Shown: positions 9,459 through 20,500 of the stretch, piece by piece | How positions within the stretch are numbered: the first letter of the stretch is position 1 | Layout of the letters: each line of letters begins with the position of its first letter | Assembly: GCA_965215195.1 (NCBI GenBank) | Contig: CBDCDC010000002.1 | Location: 2,656,001 to 2,720,000 of the forward strand | Length of the DNA stretch: 64,000 bases | Source: Candidatus Latescibacterota bacterium | Lineage (GTDB): Bacteria > Latescibacterota > UBA2968 > UBA8231 | Direction: 5' to 3' | The notes under the pieces: model-generated | What the model saw: only the letters and a program-made list of their open reading frames with translations | What the model was told of the DNA's origin: nothing | The model's database searches: none | Program-made: the position numbers and the translations under genes

Positions 9459-10196
9459 ATGATCCGCGTAGAGTCCACCACCCGCCGCTACGGAGCTTTG
9501 ACCGCTGTTGACGAGGTCAGCTTTGCCGTTGACCAAGGCGAGATCGTCGGCTTCGTCGGCCCCAATGGCGCTGGCAAGAGCACCATGCTCAAGATGCTCT
9601 CCACCTTTATCCACCCCACGGCCGGCACAATCGCCATCGACGGGCTCAACGTGGTGGAGCACCCGCTCGCCGTGCGCCGCCGCATTGGCTACCTGTCGGG
9701 CGACACCCCGCTCTACCAAGAGATGCGCGTCGATAAGTTCCTCCGCTTCATCGCCCGAGCCCGCGGACTCGAAGGCGACGCCTTGCAGCAGGGTCTGGCG
9801 CGTGCGGTCGCGCTCTGCGGGCTCGAAGACGTGCTCACCCAGCGCGTCAAGGAGTGCTCCACCGGGTTCCGCCAGCGCATCGGCCTAGCTACCGCCATGG
9901 TTCACGATCCGCCAGTCCTGCTCCTCGACGAGCCAACCCACGGCTTCGATCCCTTGCAGGTTCTGGCCTTCCGCGACACCTTGCGCACACTCAGCTCGGG
10001 CCGGGCGATCCTCTTTAGCACCCACATCATCGGCGACGTCGAAGCCATTGCCGACCGCGTGTTGATCATCCACCAAGGGCGCTTGCTCGGCGATGGTCGC
10101 GTCGAACAGTTGGCCGCAGACGCCGGCATCCCCGGGGCCGGCCTCGAAGCCGTCTTCGCCCACCTAGTCCGCACCACAACCCCTGCCCATGGCTGA
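9459..10196 (+). CDS. ABC transporter ATPase (GldA-like)
   Basis: GPNGAGKST Walker A, LLLDEPT, STH. Confidence 0.92.
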   Translation: MIRVESTTRRYGALTAVDEVSFAVDQGEIVGFVGPNGAGKSTMLKMLSTFIHPTAGTIAIDGLNVVEHPLAVRRRIGYLSGDTPLYQEMRVDKFLRFIARARGLEGDALQQGLARAVALCGLEDVLTQRVKECSTGFRQRIGLATAMVHDPPVLLLDEPTHGFDPLQVLAFRDTLRTLSSGRAILFSTHIIGDVEAIADRVLIIHQGRLLGDGRVEQLAADAGIPGAGLEAVFAHLVRTTTPAHG

Positions 10197-10956
10197 CGCA
10201 CAACGCCTATCTGCCGCCGAGCGCCTGCGCGGCACGCGCATTGTCTTCGACCGCGAGCTAGAAGCCTACTTCGACTCGCCCATTGCCTATGCGTACGCGG
10301 CCGTCTTCTTGGTGCTGTCTTGCACCACCTTTATGAACTCCTTTTTTCTCGACGGGGTCGTCGATATGGGGCCGTACTTCACCGCCCTGCCCTTCCTGCT
10401 GATCCCCTTCGTCCCAGCCATTACCATGCGAGCTTGGGCCGAGGAGCGCGCCCAGCACACCTTTGAGCTGCTGATGACCCTGCCGCTGCATTCCTTGCAA
10501 ATCGTGCTGGGCAAGTATCTGGCGGCCCTCTGCTTCTACGCGATCGTCCTCGCCGGCAGCCTGCCCATCGTGCTGATGCTCCTCTTCCTCGGCGATCCCG
10601 ACCTCGGGCGCATAGCCGCCAGCTATGTCGGTGCGCTGCTATTGGGTGCTTTCTTCCTGTCCTTCGGCCTCTTTGCTTCCGGCCTGACCCGCGACCAGAT
10701 CGTGGCCTTTGTGCTCTCCGCGCTCTTAGGCTTCTTCTTCGTGCTCAGCGGGCACGAGAAAGTAGTAGAAGTCCTCGACGGACTAGCGCCGGCCTATCAG
10801 CCGGGCACGTGGCTGTACGAGACCATATCGGTCCTGCCCCACTACGCGGCTTTTGGCCGCGGCGTAATCGCTCTCGCCGACCTGTTGTACTTCGCGCTGA
10901 TGAGCGGCTTTTTCGTCTCAATGAACCATCTCAGCCTCCAGAGATCCAAGTATTGA
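10189..10956 (+). CDS. ABC-2 permease (GldF-like)
   Basis: REL.AYF.SPIAY, PAITMR.WAEER...TFELLMTLP, GKY, QIVAF. Confidence 0.88.
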   Translation: MADAQRLSAAERLRGTRIVFDRELEAYFDSPIAYAYAAVFLVLSCTTFMNSFFLDGVVDMGPYFTALPFLLIPFVPAITMRAWAEERAQHTFELLMTLPLHSLQIVLGKYLAALCFYAIVLAGSLPIVLMLLFLGDPDLGRIAASYVGALLLGAFFLSFGLFASGLTRDQIVAFVLSALLGFFFVLSGHEKVVEVLDGLAPAYQPGTWLYETISVLPHYAAFGRGVIALADLLYFALMSGFFVSMNHLSLQRSKY

Positions 10957-13900
10957 AGCGGCACTTCTTGCTCCAAATCGCGCTGGCTTTTGCCCTGCTG
11001 TTGGGCATTGTCGCGTACGCCGGCCGCCTCCTGCACCTGACCGGGACTTGGACCTTAGACCTGGCCGGGAACGACATCGCCACGCTCGCGCCGGCGACCG
11101 AGCGCTACCTCCGCTCCCTAGACGCCCCGCTCGCCATCACCTACTTTGCCACCGCCCGCGAAAACATGCCGGCGCACCTCAAAGAACTCGAACCCCAAGT
11201 CCGCCAGCTCCTGTCGGCTCTGCGCGACCAAGCGCCCAACCGCATCGACTATCGGGTTATCGACCCGGACCAGAGCGGGCGCGCTGGCATCGGCTATGCG
11301 GCTAGCAAAAAGGCCTCCTCCTTCAGCGTGCGGCGGGTGTTGCACGACGAGCATTCCGAGCAGAAAATCTGGTCCTCGCTGGTCCTCGCACGCGCCGACG
11401 CGCCCGAAGTGCTCGTCCAAAGCATAGAGCCGGAACACCTTCCTTATCTAGAGGAGTACGTCATAGCCCAACTGCAGGCCGGGCGAGCGCCGCCGCAACC
11501 GACCTTTGGCGTCTCGGCTCCGCCGCCCTTCCAGCTTTTGGCGGCCTTTCTCAACGAGGCCGGGCCGGTCGTCGAGCTAGACCTCAACAGCAACCCCACC
11601 ATCCCCCCGGAAATCGACGTGCTGTTTTGGATCCAGCCTGAAGTCGCCACGCCCGAGCACGTGCGGCAGTTGCTTGCCTTCCTCGAATCCGGCCGCAGTG
11701 CAGTGCTCGCCGGCAGCACGTACCAGATCGGCTACTCCTCACCGGAGGACGCGATCTCCTATTGGGTACACCACGCGCCGCCAGCCTGGGGGCAACTGCT
11801 CCAGCCCTTTGGCATCCGGCCGGTGCCGGACTTGCTCGTCGATAAAAACACCGGGCCGGTCACCCTCGACTCGGGCGAAATCGTCGCGCCCTTTCACCTC
11901 CGGGTGCTGCCTGCTTTTTACAATATGAAGAGCTTTGCCGCGCCAGGCCGCGGCGGGCTCAACTTCGTCGCCGCCAGCGCACTCGAAGTCGATCCGCAGG
12001 CTGTACAAGCCAAGGGCTTCCATGCGGAAATCGTCGGCACCACCACCGAAAGCCCCCGCGTCCTACCCCTGCCCACCGGCCCCTTCACCGACGCCGATTT
12101 AACCGGCGGCCTGCCCGTGCCCAAACAAAATTTGCTGGTCCTGCTCAAGCCGGACGACCCTTGGCAGGGGCAGCTATTCGTCTTGGCCAGCGCGTCGCCC
12201 TTCCAAGATGGCATCATCAACCAGCCCGGCTACGCCCACCGCGTCTTCCTGCAAAACCTCATCCGCACCTACGGCCAACCCGAGCGCCTATTGCGGGGGC
12301 GCGTGGAAAAGGGCGGGGCGCAGCGGCTCGTCCCGCCCGGGGCACTCGCCCGTTTCTTCTGGCGGTTCTTTGCAGTCTTTTTAATACCGCTGGCGTTTGT
12401 GGGTCTCGGCGTGAGGCACTACCTCCGCCACAGCCGCCCGAGCTGGCCATCCGGCCGTTGGGGCCGACAGCTTGGCCTCGCCTGCTTGGTGCTCCTCGTT
12501 GGTGCGCTCGTCTGGCGCGGGCGCGGCCCCTATCTCGACCTGACAGCCGACCAGCTCAACACGCCCTCGCCGCTTTTGGGCCGCTTGTTGCAGGGCACGT
12601 CCCTATCCGCCGAACTGATCGCCACGCACCGGGCCTCCATGCCCCGCAAGCTCAAAGACGCCGAAGACCGCATCCGCACCTTGCTCGCCGACTGCAACAT
12701 TCCCCTGCGCGTGATCCGCCCCGACGCCCTGACCCCCGACCAGCGGCAGGCGTTCGCCGCCGAAGGGCTGGTGCCCTTTCCAGCCGAGCGAGTCCTCAAC
12801 GACACCCTCGCCACCCAATACGTGTGGAGCGGCCTGCGTCTGCTCGGCAACGCGCACACCATCGCCGTGCCGCGCCTCGACCAGCGCACGCTGCATCACC
12901 TCGAATTCCTCTTGGCCGCGGCGGCCCACGGCCTGCAACAGGAGCGCAAAATGCGCGTGGCCGTCATCTCGGACTTGCCGCGCCTCTCGCCGGCCGAAGC
13001 CCTCGAAGACTACCAGAAGAAGGGCCTCATCGCCCCGGGCGGCACCGACGTGTACAGCGACTTGAAAACCCTGCTCGCCGACTATCTCTACGACGTCCAC
13101 TATATCAATCCCCGTACGCCGAGCATGCCCGCAGACGTAGATGTCTTGTTGTGGATGCAGCCGCGCCGCGACTCCGGGCCGATCCTGCTGCTGCTGAGCC
13201 AGCATCTCGCCCAAGGGGGCAAGGCCATTGTCGCCATGCAGCATTTCAACATCCAGCAGCGCCAGTACCGCGGCTCGGGGTTTCAAACGGTGTACTGGCC
13301 CCAGCCTCAATTCCAAGACCTCGACCGCTACCTCCAGCTCTTTGGCATCGAACAGGTCCGCGAAGTGCTCTTTGACCGCACCCAGTCGCACCTCGACCTA
13401 GAGACCCAAGTCAACCGCACGGCCGTGCGCGAGTACGACCCGCAAAAGGTCGCCTTGCCTTTCTTGATCCGCGCCGTCGGCCAGCACTACGATCTCACCT
13501 CGCCGATCACCCGGCACCTCGGCGACCTGCTCTTTATCTGGGGGAATCGCTTTGCCCTCCACCCGGCTCAGCTCAGCAGCGCGGGCATAACGGCCCACAC
13601 CCTGATCTCCACCTCGCCCCAAGCCTGGGCGTACCCCTGGCAGGGCGGTTGGCTGCCGCCCGAGGTCTTCGCCCCGCAGACCTACCTGCCCGGCCCCCAA
13701 CCCCTCGTCGCGTTGCTCACCGGGCCTTTTCCCGAGGTCGCCTTTGCCGAAGGCGAGGATGGCCGCTCCGTCCTCCAGCGCGTGGGCGAGCACCCGCCGC
13801 GAGCGGGTGCCCTGCTCCTGATCGGCTCTTCCGAGATGTTCAAAAACGAGCACCTATTGACCCCGGGCTTTCAGCACGATCAGTTCTTGCTCAATGCCGT

Positions 13901-14075
13901 GGCGTACAACGCTTATGGCGCGAAGCTAGCCGCCTTACAGGCGCGGCGACCAATTTCGCGCGGCTTTCCCTTCCAGAGCACCGAGGCCAAGCGCCTGTGG
14001 CGAGTGGTCGTGGTGGGCGCGGGGCCGCTGCTGTTTTTGGGCTATGCCCTCTATCGCCGCACGAGGCGAAATTGA
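10953..14075 (+). CDS. GldG-like ABC auxiliary protein with two tandem GldG-type modules
   Basis: Two TM + DL.....TL extracytoplasmic repeats, each with a DVL.W.QP segment; TTG start overlaps the permease stop. Confidence 0.75.
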   Translation: MKRHFLLQIALAFALLLGIVAYAGRLLHLTGTWTLDLAGNDIATLAPATERYLRSLDAPLAITYFATARENMPAHLKELEPQVRQLLSALRDQAPNRIDYRVIDPDQSGRAGIGYAASKKASSFSVRRVLHDEHSEQKIWSSLVLARADAPEVLVQSIEPEHLPYLEEYVIAQLQAGRAPPQPTFGVSAPPPFQLLAAFLNEAGPVVELDLNSNPTIPPEIDVLFWIQPEVATPEHVRQLLAFLESGRSAVLAGSTYQIGYSSPEDAISYWVHHAPPAWGQLLQPFGIRPVPDLLVDKNTGPVTLDSGEIVAPFHLRVLPAFYNMKSFAAPGRGGLNFVAASALEVDPQAVQAKGFHAEIVGTTTESPRVLPLPTGPFTDADLTGGLPVPKQNLLVLLKPDDPWQGQLFVLASASPFQDGIINQPGYAHRVFLQNLIRTYGQPERLLRGRVEKGGAQRLVPPGALARFFWRFFAVFLIPLAFVGLGVRHYLRHSRPSWPSGRWGRQLGLACLVLLVGALVWRGRGPYLDLTADQLNTPSPLLGRLLQGTSLSAELIATHRASMPRKLKDAEDRIRTLLADCNIPLRVIRPDALTPDQRQAFAAEGLVPFPAERVLNDTLATQYVWSGLRLLGNAHTIAVPRLDQRTLHHLEFLLAAAAHGLQQERKMRVAVISDLPRLSPAEALEDYQKKGLIAPGGTDVYSDLKTLLADYLYDVHYINPRTPSMPADVDVLLWMQPRRDSGPILLLLSQHLAQGGKAIVAMQHFNIQQRQYRGSGFQTVYWPQPQFQDLDRYLQLFGIEQVREVLFDRTQSHLDLETQVNRTAVREYDPQKVALPFLIRAVGQHYDLTSPITRHLGDLLFIWGNRFALHPAQLSSAGITAHTLISTSPQAWAYPWQGGWLPPEVFAPQTYLPGPQPLVALLTGPFPEVAFAEGEDGRSVLQRVGEHPPRAGALLLIGSSEMFKNEHLLTPGFQHDQFLLNAVAYNAYGAKLAALQARRPISRGFPFQSTEAKRLWRVVVVGAGPLLFLGYALYRRTRRN

Positions 14076-15079
14076 TCCGCTTGCTCTGCGCGCTAGGGGC
14101 CTTGCTGGTCCTGCTCGTCCTCGGGGAAAGCACGCTGCGCGAGCACCAGCGCACTGTGCGCCGCACGGCCGGGGCTTTGCGCCTCTTGACGCCCGAGTTG
14201 GCCTCAGCCATCGCGCAGATTGAGGTCCGTGCGGCCGGACGCCGCTGGCACTACGTCCGGCGCGGGCCCACTTGGCATTTCCCGGCGTATCACCGCGCCT
14301 TTGTTCTCAACCGCCGCGTCGAGCACCTGCTCCAGAGCTTGCTCGCTACTCCGGCGACCTTCGTCTCGGACGAGCCTGGAGACTTGGCCCGCTATGGCCT
14401 CGGCCCGGGCAGCGTCCGCATCCACCTGCTCGACCAACAGGGGCGTCCCTTGCTCGAGGTGCGCCAAGGACGCGGTGCCCCCGGGCCACGCGCTGGGGAA
14501 TCGTATGTCCAGCGCGTGGGTGCCGACAGCATCTTTCACCTTCACGCCCACCCCGTCCACGCCCTCGACACCGCGCCACCCGCTCCCATGCTCGACCGCC
14601 GCGTTTTGCCCCAAGCCTTACAGCGCAAGGGCCTGCGGCGCATCGCCTTCGCCGGCGACCCGGCCTACCCGGTGCAATCCCTCAGCCGCCAGCTAAAAGC
14701 CATGACGGCACCGGGCCCGATGATGCCGACCTACGAGTGGGTCGCCCTCTCTGCGGCGGGCGCAGAGACCTGCCTCTCCGCAAGTGCAGAAGCCTACGCC
14801 GACTTCCTCAAGCGCCTGACGTGGTCGGCCTTGCACGATCCGGGCCAAGCCGATGCCTTTGCCCAAGCTCGCTATCTCTATCTCGAAGACGAAGAGGGCA
14901 CCATAGACACCCTCGCCATTGGCCCAGCCCACGACCGCGGCCCCTACCTCCGCCTCCACACCACCGGCCACGTTCTCTCCATAACACCCGAAAAAGCCGC
15001 CCTCCTCTTCCCCACGCGAGCTGCCCTCCGCGACACGCTCCCCCAACCCTCGCCCTACCACCAAGCCGAGCCGTTCTAG
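14072..15079 (+). CDS. DUF4340-like protein
   Basis: N-terminal TM, W...P, DLARYGL, YVQR motif; this family typically follows gldAFG-like operons. Confidence 0.7.
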   Translation: MIRLLCALGALLVLLVLGESTLREHQRTVRRTAGALRLLTPELASAIAQIEVRAAGRRWHYVRRGPTWHFPAYHRAFVLNRRVEHLLQSLLATPATFVSDEPGDLARYGLGPGSVRIHLLDQQGRPLLEVRQGRGAPGPRAGESYVQRVGADSIFHLHAHPVHALDTAPPAPMLDRRVLPQALQRKGLRRIAFAGDPAYPVQSLSRQLKAMTAPGPMMPTYEWVALSAAGAETCLSASAEAYADFLKRLTWSALHDPGQADAFAQARYLYLEDEEGTIDTLAIGPAHDRGPYLRLHTTGHVLSITPEKAALLFPTRAALRDTLPQPSPYHQAEPF

Positions 15080-15089
15080 TCCACTAGCC

Positions 15090-16589
15090 ATGCTCTACCG
15101 CAACCTGCTGCGCCACCAGTGGAAGGAGTTCATCCGCAACCCCTCTTGGAGTGGCATAAGCGTCGCCTACGCCATTTTCCTAGTTCTGCTAGCGCTGTAC
15201 TTCCTCCTCGTCCTCGCCCTCACGGGAGCCTTCATCGGTCATCTGCTAACTAGCCAAAATCCCACAGCCGATGTCGTCCGCTTGGTCAATCGGTACTTAT
15301 TGAGCGGTTTCTTGCTCTTGTTCCTAGCCCGCTTGCTCTTCCAAAACACGCCGCAAATAAAAATTGGCCCTTATCTTCACTTACCCATTTCCCAGCCTGC
15401 TCTAGCGCGATTTTTTTCTTTGGCGGCCCTGTTCCACCTGCACAACCTATTGCCGCTGGCCTTCTTCATTCCGTTCTGGATCCGCAATCTAGCGCTGGAT
15501 TACCCAGCTTTTACATCGCTGTCTTGGTTGGCGGGCATTGTGGCGGTCCTCGGTCTGTCCAACTACTTGGTCATCTGCGTCCGCTTAATTTCGGCCAGAC
15601 GCGCAGGCTGGCTCTTGGGCGGTGGGGCCAGCGGTCTAATCGCGTTGGATTATTGGCAACAGTGGGGCTACACGGGCGCACTGTCGAGCGCGGTATTCGA
15701 CTTTTTGCTGGGACCGGGCGGCCCAGTGCTAGCAGTGGCCCTGCTGGTGGCGACCTGCCTGCTCTTCGGCCTGACCTGTCGCTTGTTAAAGGACCATTTG
15801 CACGACGAAGCCCAATCCGAAAAAGCCTCTACGGCTCGGTCTCAAAGCCTGCTCGACCGGCTAGCCGGCACGGGTCCGGTGGGCCAACTGATGGCACTAG
15901 AAATTAAACTGGCGCTCCGCAACAAGCGGCCCCGGCAAATCCTGTGGTCTTCTCTGATGTTTTCAGCGGCCGGGCTGATAAATTTCATACTTCTTACCCG
16001 TGGTCCATCCGACTCGGTTGTGCCCACGACCACCTTAACATTCTACCATATTTTTTGGGGATTCTTACTCAGTAGTGGTTTCGCGATCAGTTACGGCCAA
16101 TTCATGTTCGGTTGGGAGAGCCTTTATTTTGACGGCCATCTGGCCCGGCCGGTCCACTTCCGCCACCTGCTATGGGCCAAACTATTGCTGCTGCAAGTTT
16201 CCTGCCTGGTATTGGCGCTAGTGTGTCTGCCGTTCTTGCTGGCCTTTGCCTCCGAATTGCTCGTCATGTACAGCGTCTTTTTGCTCTACAATATCGGTTT
16301 TAGCTCTGCTGGTATGCTGTTTTTCGCCACCATGAACCGCAAACGCCTCTATATCGCCCCTTCCTCATTTTTTAATCAGCAGGGGACTTCCCTGCACCAC
16401 CTAGTAGCCATCATTCCCTTACTGGCCCCGCCCTTGATTGTGATACTGGCGACCGACTTTGGCCCGTTGACCTTAGCTATCGGCGGCCTGCTGTGCTGGG
16501 CACTCAGTCCTATTTGGGTGCGCTTGTTGGCCTATCGGCTGCAAAAGTGCAAGTACCGCATGGCTGCTGGTTTTAGGGGGAGCACCTGA
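15090..16589 (+). CDS. Multi-pass membrane permease (DUF5687-like)
   Basis: HQWKEFIRN, PYLHLPI, LEIKLALRNKRPR, YGQFMFGWES, KY..AAGF; paired with the downstream ATPase. Confidence 0.72.
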   Translation: MLYRNLLRHQWKEFIRNPSWSGISVAYAIFLVLLALYFLLVLALTGAFIGHLLTSQNPTADVVRLVNRYLLSGFLLLFLARLLFQNTPQIKIGPYLHLPISQPALARFFSLAALFHLHNLLPLAFFIPFWIRNLALDYPAFTSLSWLAGIVAVLGLSNYLVICVRLISARRAGWLLGGGASGLIALDYWQQWGYTGALSSAVFDFLLGPGGPVLAVALLVATCLLFGLTCRLLKDHLHDEAQSEKASTARSQSLLDRLAGTGPVGQLMALEIKLALRNKRPRQILWSSLMFSAAGLINFILLTRGPSDSVVPTTTLTFYHIFWGFLLSSGFAISYGQFMFGWESLYFDGHLARPVHFRHLLWAKLLLLQVSCLVLALVCLPFLLAFASELLVMYSVFLLYNIGFSSAGMLFFATMNRKRLYIAPSSFFNQQGTSLHHLVAIIPLLAPPLIVILATDFGPLTLAIGGLLCWALSPIWVRLLAYRLQKCKYRMAAGFRGST

Positions 16590-16592
16590 ACA

Positions 16593-17300
16593 TTGCACCT
16601 GCGAGTCCAAAACCTGCAAAAGCGCTACGGCCTAGCGACGGTCCTCGACCTGCCTGAACTCGATATCGACAGCGGTGCTAGCTTCGGATTGGTGGGCAAC
16701 AACGGCGCGGGCAAGACCACCTTTTTGCGCCTCGTCCTCGATCTGATCCGCCCAAGCAAGGGCCAAGTACTGATTAACGGACAGGATGTGGCCCAAGACG
16801 ACGCTTGGAAGGGCTGCACGGGATCCTACCTAGGCCCTGCCTTCCTGATCGACTACCTGACGCCCGTGGAATACATCCACTTCGTCGGCAATCTGTACCA
16901 CATGAGCCCGGGCCAGATAGAAGAAAAATGGGAACACTACCATCCCTTTTTCGGCGATCAACCGCTCAACAGGGGCGAGTATATCCGCAACTTGTCCGAG
17001 GGCAACAAGAAAAAAGTGGGGCTCGTTGCAGCCTTGATGGTCGAGCCGCGGCTGCTGGTACTGGACGAGCCCTTTGCCAATCTCGACCCGACGAGCCAAA
17101 TCCGCCTCAAGGACATGCTAAAAGCGGCCGCCCAAACCGCCGATACTACGCTCATTATCTCCAGCCACGATCTCAACCACATCACCGAGGTCTGCCGCCG
17201 GGTTGCCGTCATTGAGCGCGGCGTCATCGTGCGCGATATCCGCACGGCCCCGGATACGCTGCGGGCATTGGAGCGCTACTTCGCCGTCGAGGAAACGTAA
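16593..17300 (+). CDS. ABC transporter ATPase
   Basis: GNNGAGKTT, LSEGNKKK, LDEPFANLDP, SSHDL. Confidence 0.92.
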   Translation: MHLRVQNLQKRYGLATVLDLPELDIDSGASFGLVGNNGAGKTTFLRLVLDLIRPSKGQVLINGQDVAQDDAWKGCTGSYLGPAFLIDYLTPVEYIHFVGNLYHMSPGQIEEKWEHYHPFFGDQPLNRGEYIRNLSEGNKKKVGLVAALMVEPRLLVLDEPFANLDPTSQIRLKDMLKAAAQTADTTLIISSHDLNHITEVCRRVAVIERGVIVRDIRTAPDTLRALERYFAVEET

Positions 17301-17454
17301 AACTTTGCCTTGAGCGCTCCCCCAACCCGCGCCGTTCTAGCGGCAAAAAAGGACGTATTCGGGCCCTGTAGCGCGAAACTCACCGCTAAGCAACAAAAAA
17401 AGCGGCCCGGCTCCCAAGCCAGACCGCTTATCACGCCGCACAAAGTCGAAATGA

Positions 17455-17479
17455 ATGGGGCCTCAATTTGAGGCCCCAT
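17455..17479. terminator. Hairpin downstream of surface protein 1
   Basis: atggggcctcaa/ttgaggccccat inverted repeat; homologous hairpins follow the other paralogues. Confidence 0.7.
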
Positions 17480-17505
17480 CCCACCAACTTGCTGTACAGC
17501 GGCTG

Positions 17506-20500
17506 CTACCTGAGCAGCAGCATCTTCTTGACTTCGCGGAACTCGCCGCCCGCCTGCAAGTGGTAGAAATACATCCCCGACGACAAGCTATGGCCGCGGT
17601 CGTTCGTCGCGTCCCACTCCACCACGTAGCGACCAGCACTCTGGTGCTCGGCCACCAGCGTCCGCACCGCCTGACCGACTGCGTTATAGACGATCAACTC
17701 CACATCCGCCGCGGTCGGCAACGCATACTGGATCGTCGTCGTTGGGTTGAACGGATTCGGGAAATTGTTCGCCAAGGAGAACGCTTCCGGCCGCGTTTGC
17801 ACTACGGCTTTCGCCGCCTGCTCCGCTCCCGGGTCGCTCAGCGCGATCTCTACCTCGTCGCCTTCTAGCCCATCAATCGTACCGATCAGCCTGATGATCT
17901 CGTCGCCTTCCTCCAAGTTGTCGGCTCTTGGGTCGATGTAAAAATTCACCGTCCCTGTTATCGAGCCGGCCGGAATCTCAATCACAGGCGTAAATAGCGC
18001 GGCGTAGTCCAAATCGCGCGTCGCGGTCGAAGCGTCGTCAATGGCCAAGCGCACGGTCGCGTCCTCTGCCAACGCCTTGCCGTCCAACGTGGCGGTCACC
18101 GCAACAGTGGTCAAAGCGGCATTCTCACTCAACGCGTTCGGATCCGCCGACAGCGAAATGGACGTACTGGGCGTTTCGTCGTCTCGGATCTCAATGTCCG
18201 CCAATAGGGTCTGGCCTGTTGACACGAGCGTGGCCTGCACACCCAAACCCTTCAGACCCTCTTCAGTATCGTCGTTAATGGGCGTGAGGGTCAGAGTCGC
18301 CGTTCCCTCGGTAGTGCCCGCTGGAATGGTGATAAGCGCCTCCAACTCCGCCATGTAGTCCACATCGCGCATCGCGGCTGGGCCGTCGCTGGGAGCCACA
18401 ATGGCAAACCGCACGCTCTCGTCAGCCACTGAGGCGGCCGCCAAGGTAAAAATTAGCGAGACTTCAGTCTCGGCCGCGTCCTCTCGAATCACCGCCGGCT
18501 CTGCCGTCAACCCAGCGGCCACAACCGGGGGCAGCCCAGTTGTACGGACCGTGATGGAAAAGGTCAATTCCGCGGCGTCCCTGTTGCTGTCGGTCACCAT
18601 GTAGGTAACTGGGACCGGACAGTCGGTCGCTGCGGCCGGCGTACCCGAAAGCGTCCGCGTGACCGAGTCAAACGCCAAGCCCGCCGGCAGGGTCAAGACG
18701 CGGTACCGCAGGTCGCCAGCACCGCCCATCGCTTCCGGCAGCACCAAGTCGGCAATAGCCGTCCCCGCCGTGTACGTCTGGTCGGCGATGGAAGCTCTGG
18801 CCGAGAAGGCCAGCACGGCCCCTTTCTCAGCACTTGTAATGGTGAAGGTCAGCATGGCCGTGTCGTCGTCATCGTCAATCGCCGTGTAGGTGACGGTGAC
18901 CGCGCCGTTAGTTGCTTCGGCCGGCGTACCCGAAAGCGTCCGCGTGGCCGAGTCAAACGCCAAGCCCGCCGGCAGGGCTGAGATGCGGTACGTCAGGGTG
19001 CCGTCGCCACCCGAAGCCTCCGGCAGCACCAAGTCGGCAATAGCCGTCCCCGCCGTGTACGTCTGGTCGGCGATGGAAGCTCCGGCTGAGAAGAAAGGCT
19101 CGCCGCCTTCGCCGGGATCTTTCAGCGTTATATCTACAATGCCGACTGTCACCGTGATGTCGGCATCGCCCGCATCGGCGGTGATTTGATTGTTGGCGGA
19201 CGGCACGGTCAGCCTGATTTTCTCGTCGCCCTCCACGATCCCGTCGTCAATAGGGATGACGGTAATCGTCGTCGTCCCCGACACCGAGCCGGCCGGAATC
19301 GTCAGCGGACGCAGTGCTGCCGAGTAGTCTATATCGCGCGTCGCCTCAGCAACGTCGACGACCGTGCCAATAGCGTCCGCATCCTTGGGATCGGGGTCAA
19401 TGGTCAAGAGCACGACCACGTCATCGTCAAACACTTTCCCGTCCAAAGTTCCGGTCACCGCAACATGGGTCGCGCCGGCCCCTTCGCTTATCGTAGCCGG
19501 CTCCGCCGTCAGCGAGATATTCGTGCTATTCGCGTCGTCATCGGCGATGACTATCGTTTTAGTCGCCGATACGTCGCCGATCGCGACTTTTATATATATC
19601 GGCCCTCGCGGAACCACCGCGTTGTCGTCAATAGGGATGAGCGTGAACGTCGTCGTCCCCGACACCGAGCCGGCCGGAATGATGAGCGGCGGACCAAAGA
19701 CCAGCCTGTAATGCACATCGCGCGTCGGAGTGCCCGTCACAGTATCCCCAGACGGCAAGACCGCGCCATCGGGCAAAATCACGAGCCTCACCGTCTCGTC
19801 CTCGATCAAGGCATTCGTCAAGGTGACTTTCAGCTCGATCGTCGTCTCACCGGCGTCCTCGCGCACCCTCTCTTGACTAAGCGTAATGGCATCGGCCGTG
19901 GCCGCGACCTCCTTCCTCATTCTTATATCCACAGGCCTGAGCGTTAGCCCATCGTCTTCGATCTGTATTCCCGGGGCGTCCTCATCGGTATCATTATCAG
20001 GAGACGCTATCCGGATGGTGCCAGGTAACCGATTTTTTGGGGTGAGGATAATGGTCGCCGTCCCGGACACCGAATTTCTCGGAATCGTGAGCGTCTCCAG
20101 CGTCACCGTATAGTCCAAATCGCGCTGCGCTTCGCGATTGTCCTTAGTCGCATCCGCAGCGTCGATAGTGCCGTTGCCATCGGTATCGGCGTTGGGATTG
20201 GCCCCCAAGTCGGGATGATCGCCAATGGTCAAGACGAAACTCGTCGCCTGTCTCAGCACCTTGCCATCCAAGGTTGCCGTCACGGCGATCTCGGTCGCAT
20301 CATCGAACCTATTTAGCTCGACAATATCGACCGACAGATTGATGTTTCTGCTATCCTTGTCGTCGTCAACTAGCGTGATCGTCGTCAGCTCAACCGTCTT
20401 AATGCCAGCATTGCCGCGGATCTCAATAGGAAGGTCTTCGTCAACGACATCATCGTCAATGGGGATGAGGGTGAGGGTCCCCACTGCCTTTTTTTCGCCA

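Noticed and set aside
12161-13375. Long alternative-frame and antisense ORFs (also 31373-32629, 39396-40403, 26338-27441 and similar)
   Set aside because: Arg/Pro/Ala-rich shadows of well-supported genes, expected at high GC, with no motifs.
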